Shown here piece after piece: positions 9,361-18,959 of a stretch of 64,000 nucleotides of DNA (positions are counted from its first letter, which is position 1; each line of letters begins with the position of its first letter). This DNA is from Obrimoposthia wandeli (taxonomy: Eukaryota). The notes beneath the pieces are model-generated. The model saw only the letters and a program-made list of their open reading frames with translations. It searched no databases and was not told the origin of the DNA. A program made the position numbers and the translations under genes. The stretch spans positions 1,054,001 through 1,118,000 of the forward strand of contig CDROCS010000506.1 in the NCBI GenBank assembly GCA_977020255.1. Direction: 5' to 3'.

Positions 9361-10797
9361 ATGAAATCACTTGTAATAAAACCCATTGCCTTTCCTAGCA
9401 ACGGCATTCACGCATTTTTTGCCCCGCTAAGTCATGCCCCTTGGTCAATTTTACTCGAGTCAGGATCAGCGGATCACATCGATAGCCGCTTCCACATTAT
9501 TGTTGCCGAGCCCATAGCTACTCTGGTGACAGAAGATACCCAAACCACCATTAATCAAGCCAGTGGTCAAACAGTCACTCATGACGATGCATTTACAGTA
9601 TTACAAACTCTGAATCAACAGCTCATCGGTGAATTACCCTCGCAGCCCCTAGATATAGAATTACCTTTTATTGCCGGTGCACTCGGTTACTTTGGTTACG
9701 ATCTCGGTCGTAATATCGAAAACATTGGTAATACAGCCAGCAATGATTTGCACTTCCCTGATATGGCCGTTGGTCTATACGACTGGGCTATTGTTGTTGA
9801 TACTCAATCTCAGCAAGCGTGGCAGCTCCAATTTAGTGACAACGCCGAGCAAGCTTGGCAACAACGTCATGATTGGTTGCTTGAACGTGGTATAGGCCTA
9901 GCTGTAGTAGGCCAAGAAATTGTAGACCAAGACATTGCGGACCAAGCTGCAAAGCAAACGTCCACATCTGCCTTTGAACTACAAAGCAGCTGGCAGTCGA
10001 ATATGTCAGAACAGGCATATCATCAAAAATTTGCGCAGATACAAGCCTACTTACGCTCGGGTGATTGCTACCAAATTAATTTAGCTCAGCGCTTTAACAA
10101 TCAATATCAAGGTGATGAATGGCAAGCTTACTGCACCTTAAGTCAGCATAATAAAGCGCCCTTCTCGGCATTTATGCGCTTAGAACATCAAGCCGTATTG
10201 TCTATTTCACCAGAACGTTTTATCCAAGTGAAAGACGGCGATATTGAAACTAAACCGATTAAAGGCACGCGCCCACGTAGCCAAGATCCACAAATTGACT
10301 TGGCCAACGCACAAGCATTAAAAGTCGCCGAAAAAGACCGCGCTGAAAACGTCATGATCGTCGATTTATTGCGAAATGATATTGGAAAAATTGCCGTCCC
10401 TGGATCAGTCAGCGTACCCAAGCTATTTGATATCGAAAGTTTCCCCGCAGTACATCATCTTGTGAGTACCATTACTGGTAAGTTACCTGCAGATAAACAA
10501 CCGAGTGAATTATTACGTGCTTGCTTCCCAGGAGGCTCTATCACTGGCGCTCCTAAGGTTCGTGCGATGCAAATAATTGAAGAATTAGAGCCACATCGCC
10601 GTTCACTTTATTGCGGTAGTATCGGCTATTTATCTGCACATGGGCATATGGATACCAGCATTACCATTCGCACATTATTGTGTGATAGTGGTGAAATATA
10701 CTGTTGGGCCGGCGGCGGTATTGTTGCAGATTCGGTTGTCGAAGAAGAATATCAAGAAACATTTGATAAATTAGGTAAAATATTACCTATACTTTAA
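9361..10797 (+). CDS. pabB: Aminodeoxychorismate synthase component I
   Basis: SGDCYQINLAQRF, SISPERF, TKPIKGTRPR, KDRAENVMIVDLLRNDIG, FPGGSITGAPKVRAMQII. Confidence 0.95.
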   Translation: MKSLVIKPIAFPSNGIHAFFAPLSHAPWSILLESGSADHIDSRFHIIVAEPIATLVTEDTQTTINQASGQTVTHDDAFTVLQTLNQQLIGELPSQPLDIELPFIAGALGYFGYDLGRNIENIGNTASNDLHFPDMAVGLYDWAIVVDTQSQQAWQLQFSDNAEQAWQQRHDWLLERGIGLAVVGQEIVDQDIADQAAKQTSTSAFELQSSWQSNMSEQAYHQKFAQIQAYLRSGDCYQINLAQRFNNQYQGDEWQAYCTLSQHNKAPFSAFMRLEHQAVLSISPERFIQVKDGDIETKPIKGTRPRSQDPQIDLANAQALKVAEKDRAENVMIVDLLRNDIGKIAVPGSVSVPKLFDIESFPAVHHLVSTITGKLPADKQPSELLRACFPGGSITGAPKVRAMQIIEELEPHRRSLYCGSIGYLSAHGHMDTSITIRTLLCDSGEIYCWAGGGIVADSVVEEEYQETFDKLGKILPIL

Positions 10798-10890
10798 ATT
10801 AACCATTCCGTATTTTAGTTAGTGAGGCAGCATTAATCAGTGGCTGCGCTAAATTACGTAGATTCAACAGCATAAGTTGCAGGGACGCAT

Positions 10891-11460
10891 ATGGATATTA
10901 ATTCGTTAACTTCACGTTTTGTACTATCACCAAGTGAGCAGCCAATCAGTAAACTGACTAAAGTATTTACCCCTGCAGCCGTGCTCTTTCCCATTGTTGA
11001 ACGTGAAAAACAGCTCAACTTGATACTCACTCGACGGGCATCACATTTACGCCATCACAGTGGTCAAATAGCATTACCGGGTGGTAAAACTGAAAAAACA
11101 GATAGTTCATCGATTGCTACTGCATTACGTGAAACCCATGAAGAAATTGGTATTCCTGCCGACAAAATTACCGTATTAGGTACCCTGCCTAGCCGCCCTA
11201 CGATTAGCCGTTATTATGTCACGCCAGTTGTTGCCTTAGTTGACAGTGACTATCAGTCTAAAATTGATCCGAATGAAGTCGACGAAATTTTTGAAGTGCC
11301 TTTAGCTTTTTTACTTGATGATGATAATCATATTATTGAAAAGAGTTTATTTAAGGGGAAATATCGTGAAGTGACGTTTATGCCTTGGGGTAAATATCCT
11401 ATATGGGGAACGACAGCGGCAATTATCAAAGATTTTTCTAAACATATTAGATCGAACTAA
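10891..11460 (+). CDS. nudL: Nudix CoA pyrophosphatase
   Basis: LRHHSGQIALPGGK...ALRETHEEIG Nudix box and IWGTTA, downstream of pabB as in enterobacteria. Confidence 0.88.
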   Translation: MDINSLTSRFVLSPSEQPISKLTKVFTPAAVLFPIVEREKQLNLILTRRASHLRHHSGQIALPGGKTEKTDSSSIATALRETHEEIGIPADKITVLGTLPSRPTISRYYVTPVVALVDSDYQSKIDPNEVDEIFEVPLAFLLDDDNHIIEKSLFKGKYREVTFMPWGKYPIWGTTAAIIKDFSKHIRSN

Positions 11461-11622
11461 ACATACAGCTAATAGCACATGCCTAATGACTTATGCCTAA
11501 GCCAATACCCTGAGATAATAATAATACCGAAATAATAGTACTGAAATAACAGTGCAGAAATAGTGCCTTTAATAAAGGACACCACCTGTCGATATTATTT
11601 ATCTAGATAATCGTTATAGCAG

Positions 11623-11781
11623 CTACTTCAATACCAGCCAAAGCGCATGGATCATGCCAGGGATCACAAACAGAAAACACAGTAAAATATTAATTAGTAA
11701 GTCTTTACCGACACCATTATTTAAGAATACGGCGACAGGCGGTAAGAATATAGCCAAAATTATTAAGAGTATTTTATTCAT
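11623..11781 (-). CDS. yqaE: YqaE/Pmp3-family small membrane protein
   Basis: ILAIFLPPVAVFL...LLINILLCFLFVIPGMIHALW. Start taken at the inner ATG (MNKILL). Confidence 0.88.
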   Translation of the reverse strand: MNKILLIILAIFLPPVAVFLNNGVGKDLLINILLCFLFVIPGMIHALWLVLK

Positions 11782-11879
11782 CTGCACTTCTCCAATTGTT
11801 ATCAATAATCGTTCACCTTCAGTATAGAAGTTTATTACTCTATTATGTGCCCGTTAAGCAAATAAGCCGCCATAATATG

Positions 11880-11935
11880 AAGTTTCGTTACCTTTACTAT
11901 TAGCAAATGTATCATCAATAACAGTAACGAAACTT
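11880..11935. repeat. Long-loop perfect inverted repeat 3' of mscS
   Basis: AAGTTTCGTTAC (11880-11891) pairs with GTAACGAAACTT (11924-11935), 32-nt spacer. Confidence 0.85.
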
Positions 11936-11952
11936 AACGCTATACCAAGTAA

Positions 11953-13605
11953 TTATTCTGCAGCTTTATCTACCATATGCAAATGTACATCTTGCTGCGG
12001 GAATGGAATTGATAAACCTTCTTTATCAAAGCGTACTTTCACTTCGCGAGTGATATCCCAGTACACATCCCAATAATCTTCAGTTTTAACCCAAGGGCGC
12101 ACAATAAAGTCCACCGAAGAAGTATTGAGTGTATGTAGCTTGATTATCGTTTCTGGGTTCTTCAATACCAGTTCATGAGATTGCACAATATCAGCTAATA
12201 CAGTTTCAGCTAGGGCGATATCATCGCTATAACCAATACCAAAAACCATATCAACACGACGAACACGTTCATGGGTAATATTTTTAATTATATCGCCCCA
12301 TATTTTGCTGTTCGGTACGATGATAACTTGGTTATCAAAGGTCTTGATCGTAGTATTTACTAGGCTCATATGAGCAACTTTACCTGATACACCACCCGCT
12401 TCAACAAAGTCACCTTCATCAAATGGACGATAAATCAATAGCATCATACCCGAGGCAAAGTTAGACAAGGTATCTTGCAATGCAAAACCAATGACTAAAC
12501 CTGCTACACCAAAACCAGTTAAGATTGGCGTTAAATCAACACCGACTTGTGATAATGCGATAAGTAAACCAATCGCAAATACAATATTACCCGACATCGA
12601 CGTAAAGAAATCTTGTATCAAGCGCGACAATTTTAAATTGGGTGACGATACAGCTCTTTTCACCATTTTACGGGTGAGTTTTTTCAACCAACGGAAAGCT
12701 AAAATTATCGCAATAAAGAGTAATACTTTGAATATTAACTCCGGCGCATTACTCATAACCCACTCGCCAGCACCTTCGCCCCAAGTCGAAATAATCGACA
12801 AGATGAGATCCACGTTAAGTAATTCGTCAGTCAAGGTACCAGTAGCTTGAAACAGTTGCTGTTTATATTGCGTCGTGTCTAAAGACATTTTATCGGCAAG
12901 TGTCACTAAAAATTGTAACGTCGTAATATCATTACTTACTTTACGCTGGGCAATAATATGCTCTAGCTGTACTGCCGTTTTCTCACCTTCGGTAGCTGAC
13001 TTAAGCTGCTTACTCAATAAGGCTTCTTGTTGATTATCAAAAATCAAAGACGCAGACATGAATCCAAGTCGACGCTCAATATCACCAATTAAAGCTTTTT
13101 CTTTTGCTGGTGAAGATTGATCGAGTAACTTCAACCATTGATAGTTAGTCCACTGATCGGCTAATAATCGTGTAGAAAAACGACGCGATTCATCCAATGA
13201 TTTTTGCGCTGATAATTTACCTTCATTGGTTTCTTTTTCTAACGCTTTTTCAGTCGTTGAAATCTTATTTAATAGATACTTTGACGCATCTGCAATAAAC
13301 ATCACCTGCTGATTAACTTGCTTTAACAAGATGCCGTGCGTTTCCTCAGTGCGATTATCAATAAGCTCTTGAATCACTTCTCGCAGTGCATCATTTTTAT
13401 TTAATAATTGTAACCGAACGACATCTCTAGCCGAGCCAGTCATCGTTTGTGACTCGCGGTATAGCACCGAAATGTCATTATCGATCTGATTTAGCTTTTC
13501 TATTTGTGGCGATGCTACTTGTTCGGTAGCAAGTTTCGACGAAGATGCTTGTGCAAAAGACAAGCTAGGCGCCAATAACATCAACAATAAAACTATAATT
13601 CTCAT
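11953..13605 (-). CDS. MscS-family mechanosensitive channel with a large periplasmic N-terminal domain
   Basis: Signal peptide (MRIIVLLLMLLAPSLSFA) and helical N-terminal region. The MscS core reads GFGVAGLVIGFALQDTLSNFASGMMLLIYRPFDEGDFV...IVPNSKIW...RRVDMVFGIGY. Confidence 0.9.
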   Translation of the reverse strand: MRIIVLLLMLLAPSLSFAQASSSKLATEQVASPQIEKLNQIDNDISVLYRESQTMTGSARDVVRLQLLNKNDALREVIQELIDNRTEETHGILLKQVNQQVMFIADASKYLLNKISTTEKALEKETNEGKLSAQKSLDESRRFSTRLLADQWTNYQWLKLLDQSSPAKEKALIGDIERRLGFMSASLIFDNQQEALLSKQLKSATEGEKTAVQLEHIIAQRKVSNDITTLQFLVTLADKMSLDTTQYKQQLFQATGTLTDELLNVDLILSIISTWGEGAGEWVMSNAPELIFKVLLFIAIILAFRWLKKLTRKMVKRAVSSPNLKLSRLIQDFFTSMSGNIVFAIGLLIALSQVGVDLTPILTGFGVAGLVIGFALQDTLSNFASGMMLLIYRPFDEGDFVEAGGVSGKVAHMSLVNTTIKTFDNQVIIVPNSKIWGDIIKNITHERVRRVDMVFGIGYSDDIALAETVLADIVQSHELVLKNPETIIKLHTLNTSSVDFIVRPWVKTEDYWDVYWDITREVKVRFDKEGLSIPFPQQDVHLHMVDKAAE

Positions 13606-13683
13606 TATTACTTCAACTTTATCACTAGGGTTTAACAAGAATAGCAAATCAAACATCATCTGCTATTGAGGTAGTCGTTAGAA

Positions 13684-13717
13684 TATAAAAACCACGATAT
13701 TAAGCGTGGTTTTTATA
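13684..13717 (-). terminator. Terminator-like hairpin between hemF and mscS
   Basis: TATAAAAACCACG-N8-CGTGGTTTTTATA. Confidence 0.7.
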
Positions 13718-13722
13718 AAATA

Positions 13723-14625
13723 CTATATCCAGGCTTGTGGTTGCGAAACCACATCGACTAACGCTTGTTGCGCGTCGTTCTGCGGCTCTAAATCATCATA
13801 GTGCCAGCTAGCAAGTGGCGGCATCGACATCAAAATTGATTTGGTACGGCCCTTACTTTGCAAACCAAAGATAGTGCCTCGGTCAACAATCAAATTAAAC
13901 TCGACATAACGGGTACGACGGAATAATTGGAACTGACGCTCTTGCTCTGTATATGGCTGATTTTTACGTTTAGCGATAATCGGTGCGTACGCTTGGGTAT
14001 AACCTTTAGCAACAGACTCAATAAAGCTTAAACTCTTTTCGATATCCCATTCATTCAAATCATCATAAATAATACCGCCAATACCACGATATTCTTCGCG
14101 ATGTGGCATATAGAAGTATTCATCCGCATCTTGTTTGAATTGGGTATATAGATCATCGCCGAATGGGGCTACAGCATCACGAGCAGCTGTATGGAAATGA
14201 CATGCATCGTCCGCATATAAATGGATCGGGGTTAAATCGAACCCTCCACCTAACCACCAATGCTGCTGACCATCGTCATCAGTGACCATGAACATGCGTA
14301 CATTGGCATGACTTGTTGGTGCATGTGGATTACGCGGATGCACAACCACTGATACGCCCATCGCTTGGTATGACATACCAGTAAACTGTGGACGCTTAGC
14401 CGATGCAGCAGCCGGTAATTTATCACCGCTCACCATCGAAAAGTTCACACCTGCACTTTCATATACTTCGCCATCACGTAATACACAACTCGTACCCTGA
14501 CCTAAATGGCTAGTCCAATTATCGGCAATAAACTCGCCTTTGGTTTCTTCCGCCTGAAAAGCCGTGATAATCGTTTTTTGTATATTACGAAAAAATGATT
14601 CTAGATCATTGATATTGACAGTCAT
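13723..14625 (-). CDS. hemF: Oxygen-dependent coproporphyrinogen III oxidase family protein (divergent)
   Basis: [59 protein letters not shown]. Several normally conserved positions differ (see findings). Confidence 0.85.
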   Translation of the reverse strand: [300 protein letters not shown]

Positions 14626-14744
14626 AACTACCTTACTTACAACTTAATTGACACGGCATGCGCACGGTCATTTAAAAAGATTATGAATAAAAAAACCCAT
14701 ACTGAGTATTAAAGTATGGGATTCAAAAAATAGCTTATTTAATA

Positions 14745-15509
14745 TTATGCAGAGATCTCAGCATAGAGATCACAAAATTGCAGCGTCACTTTATGCTTCG
14801 GCGCGCAATTGATCAAGGGTTGCGAGATATTATGTGATTCTTTTACTTTCACTGAACTGTGAATCAGGGTATTTAAAATCGGTAAGTTTTCAGCTCTTAG
14901 TTCGGCAACCAATTTTTTAGGTAAGCTAGCTTGTCCTTGGTATTGATTCACCACAATCCCCTCGACCCGCAATTTATCATTGTGATCTTGGCGTGTTTCT
15001 TCAATATTAGCTAACAAACTGTATAAACCACGACGGGAAAAATCATCACAGTCAAAAGGGATCAAACAAGTGTCCGCAGCAATCAAAGCCGACAAACTAT
15101 AAAAGTTAAAGGCTGGCGGCGTATCGATATATACTTCGTCATAATCACGCTTCAACTTCACCAACGCATCACGCAATTTATAAATCTTATGGCGCTGCTC
15201 TAATTTAACAATCAAATCACCCAGTAATTCAGACGCTGGCATAATTGATAAGTTAGGGAATGCAGTCGGGGTAATAAAATCCTGATAAGGTCGCCCTTTC
15301 ATGATTATATTTAAGGTCTGCTCAAAAAACTCAGCGACACTGAAATCAACTTTATAATCATTCCCTAATAAATAAGCACTGGTATTACATTGACTATCTA
15401 AATCGATAATCAAAGTGCGCTTGCCTTCTGATGCTGCAATCGCCGCTAAATTACTACAGATCGTAGATTTACCTACGCCACCTTTTTGATTAAACACAAC
15501 ACGGATCAC
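14745..15509 (-). CDS. Orphan ParA/Soj-family ATPase
   Basis: Deviant Walker A NQKGGVGKST, IDLDSQCN, IDTPP. No adjacent parB. Confidence 0.88.
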   Translation of the reverse strand: MIRVVFNQKGGVGKSTICSNLAAIAASEGKRTLIIDLDSQCNTSAYLLGNDYKVDFSVAEFFEQTLNIIMKGRPYQDFITPTAFPNLSIMPASELLGDLIVKLEQRHKIYKLRDALVKLKRDYDEVYIDTPPAFNFYSLSALIAADTCLIPFDCDDFSRRGLYSLLANIEETRQDHNDKLRVEGIVVNQYQGQASLPKKLVAELRAENLPILNTLIHSSVKVKESHNISQPLINCAPKHKVTLQFCDLYAEISA

Positions 15510-15542
15510 GAGACACTCCCTTCTCTCTACTTATTTAATGAT

Positions 15543-15579
15543 TTAATTCGTTAATTCGTTAATTCGTTAATTCGTTAAT
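15543..15579. repeat. 8-bp tandem repeat (TTAATTCG)x4 plus TTAAT
   Basis: Read directly between the glpR stop and the parA start. Confidence 0.95.
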
Positions 15580-15593
15580 AGTAACTTCTAATC

Positions 15594-16382
15594 TTATATA
15601 TCATTCAGTTCTGGACTAGCTTCACAGACGATAGACTCGACTTGATGTAATTGTAATAATTTAGCTAGTTCTTCTGGTGGTTCAATGTCAGTAAATAACT
15701 TATTAACCTGATTGATATTACCAATATTGACCATAGCATTACGGCCAAACTTAGTATGATCAACAGGTAAAAATACTTCTTGTGAGCACTCGATGATCGC
15801 TTGTGTCACTCGCACTTCTTGATAATCGAAATCAAGTAATGAGCCATCCATATCTAAACCACTGATAGTGACGATACCAAAGTCCATTCTGAACTGCTTA
15901 ATAAAATCAACAGTCGCTTCACCAACCACACCCGCATCTTTATTGCGGACTTCACCACCAGCAACAATGACTCTGAAGTCGGGTTTTTGCATCAAAATAG
16001 TGGCGACATTAAGATTGTTGGTAACAATACGTAAATTGTTATGATTAAGTAATGCACGTGCTAATGCTTCAGACGTGGTTCCTATATCAATAAATAGTGA
16101 TGAACCATCTGGAATTAATTCAGCCATCGCCTGTGCGATTTTCATTTTTTCTTTGGCTGTTTTTTGCTTACGATTAACGTATGAATCGTTAACAACACTG
16201 CTTTCTAATAGTGATGCTCCGCCATGATGACGACGCACTAAATTATTCTCAGCTAATTCATTTAAATCTCGACGGATAGTTTGCGGGCTTACTGAAAAGT
16301 GCTCAACCAACACCTCAGTACTAACAAAACCTTCCTCTTTAACCAACGAAATTATTTTTTGGTGACGTGTATTTTGTCTCAC
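15594..16382 (-). CDS. glpR: DeoR-family repressor GlpR
   Basis: RHQKIISLVKEEGFVSTEVLVEHFSVSPQTIRRDLNELAENNLVRRHHGGA and FIDIGTT match GlpR. Confidence 0.85.
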   Translation of the reverse strand: MRQNTRHQKIISLVKEEGFVSTEVLVEHFSVSPQTIRRDLNELAENNLVRRHHGGASLLESSVVNDSYVNRKQKTAKEKMKIAQAMAELIPDGSSLFIDIGTTSEALARALLNHNNLRIVTNNLNVATILMQKPDFRVIVAGGEVRNKDAGVVGEATVDFIKQFRMDFGIVTISGLDMDGSLLDFDYQEVRVTQAIIECSQEVFLPVDHTKFGRNAMVNIGNINQVNKLFTDIEPPEELAKLLQLHQVESIVCEASPELNDI

Positions 16383-16615
16383 ATCGTTCTCCCTGTTTTC
16401 CCTAATATCATTATCGAAAGGGAGTTAATATTACCCCTTAGTTTATATCATATTTACACCTGTAAACCTGAAAAATAGCGTCAATAAACAAAGTTTAACG
16501 TTATTTTGAGATATACTCATCCCTGTTCATCAATATTATCAAGTTGCGATCACCACATTAATAATGGCTCGTAACGGCGATATTCAAATAACAGTAATAC
16601 GACGAGACAATAAAA

Positions 16616-16891
16616 ATGGCTTCAGATCCCGATAAACTACTCAAAAAACACGCAGGATTAACCCATTCAGAACTGCAAAAGGTGACTTCTCACGTACAGC
16701 GTGAAAAAGACGAGTGGTTTGTCAATACGGTGATGATCCAAGGTCACACGGTACCATTTAAATTTAAGCGTAAAAAAGTCTATCAGTCGTTAACAGGGGC
16801 ACGTGTAAATCTCACTTATTACCCTGAAGTGGAGACGGTGGCAGGTTTCAAAGTAGAGATCATGCATGTGGTTAGAATTAAAAAATCATAA
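16616..16891 (+). CDS. Small basic hypothetical protein
   Basis: 91-aa ORF filling an intergenic gap, with a GAG-type RBS, beta-rich and Lys/Arg-rich. No family recognised. Confidence 0.7.
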   Translation: MASDPDKLLKKHAGLTHSELQKVTSHVQREKDEWFVNTVMIQGHTVPFKFKRKKVYQSLTGARVNLTYYPEVETVAGFKVEIMHVVRIKKS

Positions 16892-17015
16892 CCTATTTTA
16901 TATGCTCTTAAGCCAACCTTTTTAATATAGTGATTAAGCTTGTTGCAAACATTTCAGCGAGTTACACTAGAGTAACTATTACTAAACTTAACGTATGATT
17001 CGAGGGAACGACCAC

Positions 17016-17993
17016 ATGAGTAAATCTAAAATCATTGCAGGTATTGCTGCTGTCAGTATTATCTTTTACGCCACTTCAATTTATTGGAGTGTTGAACCAG
17101 ACAATTTTAGTCCGACACAAGTTACGGAAGAATTAACTAAAAATAATGCCGATATTGCGGTTGGCTCTTACATGACGGCAACGCTAATTAAATCGATTCA
17201 AACGTTAGATGATAAAAATGGCGGTTACCTGAGTAATTCAGTATTACCACCAGCGATCTTGATGGATAACATGCCATCATGGGAATATGGGTTATTAGAA
17301 CAGTCTCGTGACCTTATGTTGGTATTACGTCGTGACTTAAGCCGTTCACAAACGCAATCAACTGAAAATAAAGACCTACAAAAAGCACACGGTTCGTTAA
17401 ATGTTGAACACACACGTTTATTCCCAACCAATGCAAACTCTGAATACAAAAAGACAATTGCAGAACTGCAAACATACCTAGATAAATTAAATGATTCGCA
17501 ATCTAAAAACGCACAATTCTACGCTCGTGCCGACAACCTTGCTGAATGGTTTAAACAAGTTGAGAAACGTCTTGGTTCATTATCACAACGTTTAAGTGCG
17601 TCTGTTGGCCAATACCGTATCAACACGGATTTATCAGGTGATCTTGGTGCTGAGCAATCAACATTCACAGAGTTAGGTTCTAACGTTAAAACGCCATGGT
17701 TAGAAATCGATAATGTATTCTGGGAAGCGCGTGGTTCTTCTTGGGCATTGTATCATTACCTAAAAGCGGCTCGTATTGATTTTAAAGGCGTATTACAGAA
17801 GAAAAATGCCCTAGCAAGTGTTGACCAAATCATCCTTGAATTAGAAGCATCACTTCAGCCTGTCGGCAGCCCTATGATCCTTAATGGTGCTGGTTTTGGT
17901 TTCTTTGCTAACCACTCTCTGGTAATGGCAAACTACCTGTCTCGTGCTAACGCAGCGGTTATTGATCTACGTAGATTACTAGAACAAGGTTAA
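17016..17993 (+). CDS. DUF2333-family protein
   Basis: N-terminal TM followed by WSVEPD, GGYLSN, MDNMPSWEYG, FYARADNL, IDNVFWEARG, LNGAGFGFFANHSLVMANY. Confidence 0.8.
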   Translation: MSKSKIIAGIAAVSIIFYATSIYWSVEPDNFSPTQVTEELTKNNADIAVGSYMTATLIKSIQTLDDKNGGYLSNSVLPPAILMDNMPSWEYGLLEQSRDLMLVLRRDLSRSQTQSTENKDLQKAHGSLNVEHTRLFPTNANSEYKKTIAELQTYLDKLNDSQSKNAQFYARADNLAEWFKQVEKRLGSLSQRLSASVGQYRINTDLSGDLGAEQSTFTELGSNVKTPWLEIDNVFWEARGSSWALYHYLKAARIDFKGVLQKKNALASVDQIILELEASLQPVGSPMILNGAGFGFFANHSLVMANYLSRANAAVIDLRRLLEQG

Positions 17994-18017
17994 TCTTCGC
18001 TAGCATAAATAACGCTT

Positions 18018-18057
18018 AAGCCCGTGACTCGATTTAAACCGAGTCACGGGCTTTTTT
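18018..18057 (+). terminator. Intrinsic terminator
   Basis: AAGCCCGTGACTCG-N8-CGAGTCACGGGCTTTTTT. Confidence 0.9.
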
Positions 18058-18134
18058 GGGCCTGCATTTTATGCCACACTGTGTTGTTATTTATAGCGAT
18101 TTATTAAGCATAAAACAGTAAAGGATACTCTTAA

Positions 18135-18959
18135 ATGCAAACAGTACTCATCACTGGAGCTTCAACAGGGATAGGCTATCACGCAGCTGTAACACTTAAA
18201 GCCGCAGGTTATCGTGTCTTTGCCACAGCCAGAAAAACAGCAGACGTAGCAGCATTAACCGCACAAGGTTTTGAAAGTGTGCAACTCGATTTAAGCTCAA
18301 CAGAATCTATCACTGCGGCAGTTACGCATATATCTAAGCTTGCCGATAATAAGATTGATGTCCTATTTAATAACGGTGCTTATGGTCAACCGGGCGCGGT
18401 CGAGGACTTACCGACTGATGCATTGCGTAAACAATTTGAAGCGAACGTATTTGGTTGGCACGAGTTAACCACTCAAATAATTCCATTAATGCGCGCTAAT
18501 GGTCGTGGCCGTATTATTCAAAATAGTTCAGTATTGGGCTTGGTAGCAATGAAGTACCGCGGTGCCTATAACGCCAGTAAGTTCGCGATTGAGGGTTTAA
18601 CAGATACCCTACGCTTAGAGCTGCGAGATTCGCCAATCAAGGTATCATTAATTGAACCCGGACCGATTGTGAGCCAGTTCAGAGCCAACGCATTAAGTGC
18701 CTTTCAAGAACACATTGATATTGAAAACAGTGTGCACGCCAAAGACTATCAACAACAAATCAGCCGTCTGGGTAAAAAAGATGTCAGCAATAAATTGACG
18801 CTAGGGCCAGAAGCCGTCACCAAAGCGCTGATTCATGCGATTGAAAGTAACCGACCGAAAGTACGTTATTACGTAACCTTCCCTACCTATTTATTTGCTT
18901 TGTTAAAGCGTATTTTACCGTTTCGCGTATTGGATGGGATATTGGCTAAATCTGGTTAA
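18135..18959 (+). CDS. SDR oxidoreductase (YbbO-like)
   Basis: TGASTGIG Rossmann motif, NNGAYG, catalytic YNASK. Confidence 0.9.
   Translation: MQTVLITGASTGIGYHAAVTLKAAGYRVFATARKTADVAALTAQGFESVQLDLSSTESITAAVTHISKLADNKIDVLFNNGAYGQPGAVEDLPTDALRKQFEANVFGWHELTTQIIPLMRANGRGRIIQNSSVLGLVAMKYRGAYNASKFAIEGLTDTLRLELRDSPIKVSLIEPGPIVSQFRANALSAFQEHIDIENSVHAKDYQQQISRLGKKDVSNKLTLGPEAVTKALIHAIESNRPKVRYYVTFPTYLFALLKRILPFRVLDGILAKSG

Noticed and set aside
9880-9970. Extra linker in PabB (GIGLAVVGQEIVDQDIADQAAKQTSTS)
   Set aside because: It lies in a length-variable inter-domain region, the catalytic motifs are intact, and nothing suggests a new function.
14745-15579. parA plus repeats as a plasmid or prophage partition locus or replication origin
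   Set aside because: No parB, rep, integrase or phage genes. The flanks are core chromosomal genes, and the octamer repeat lacks iteron-like length and spacing.
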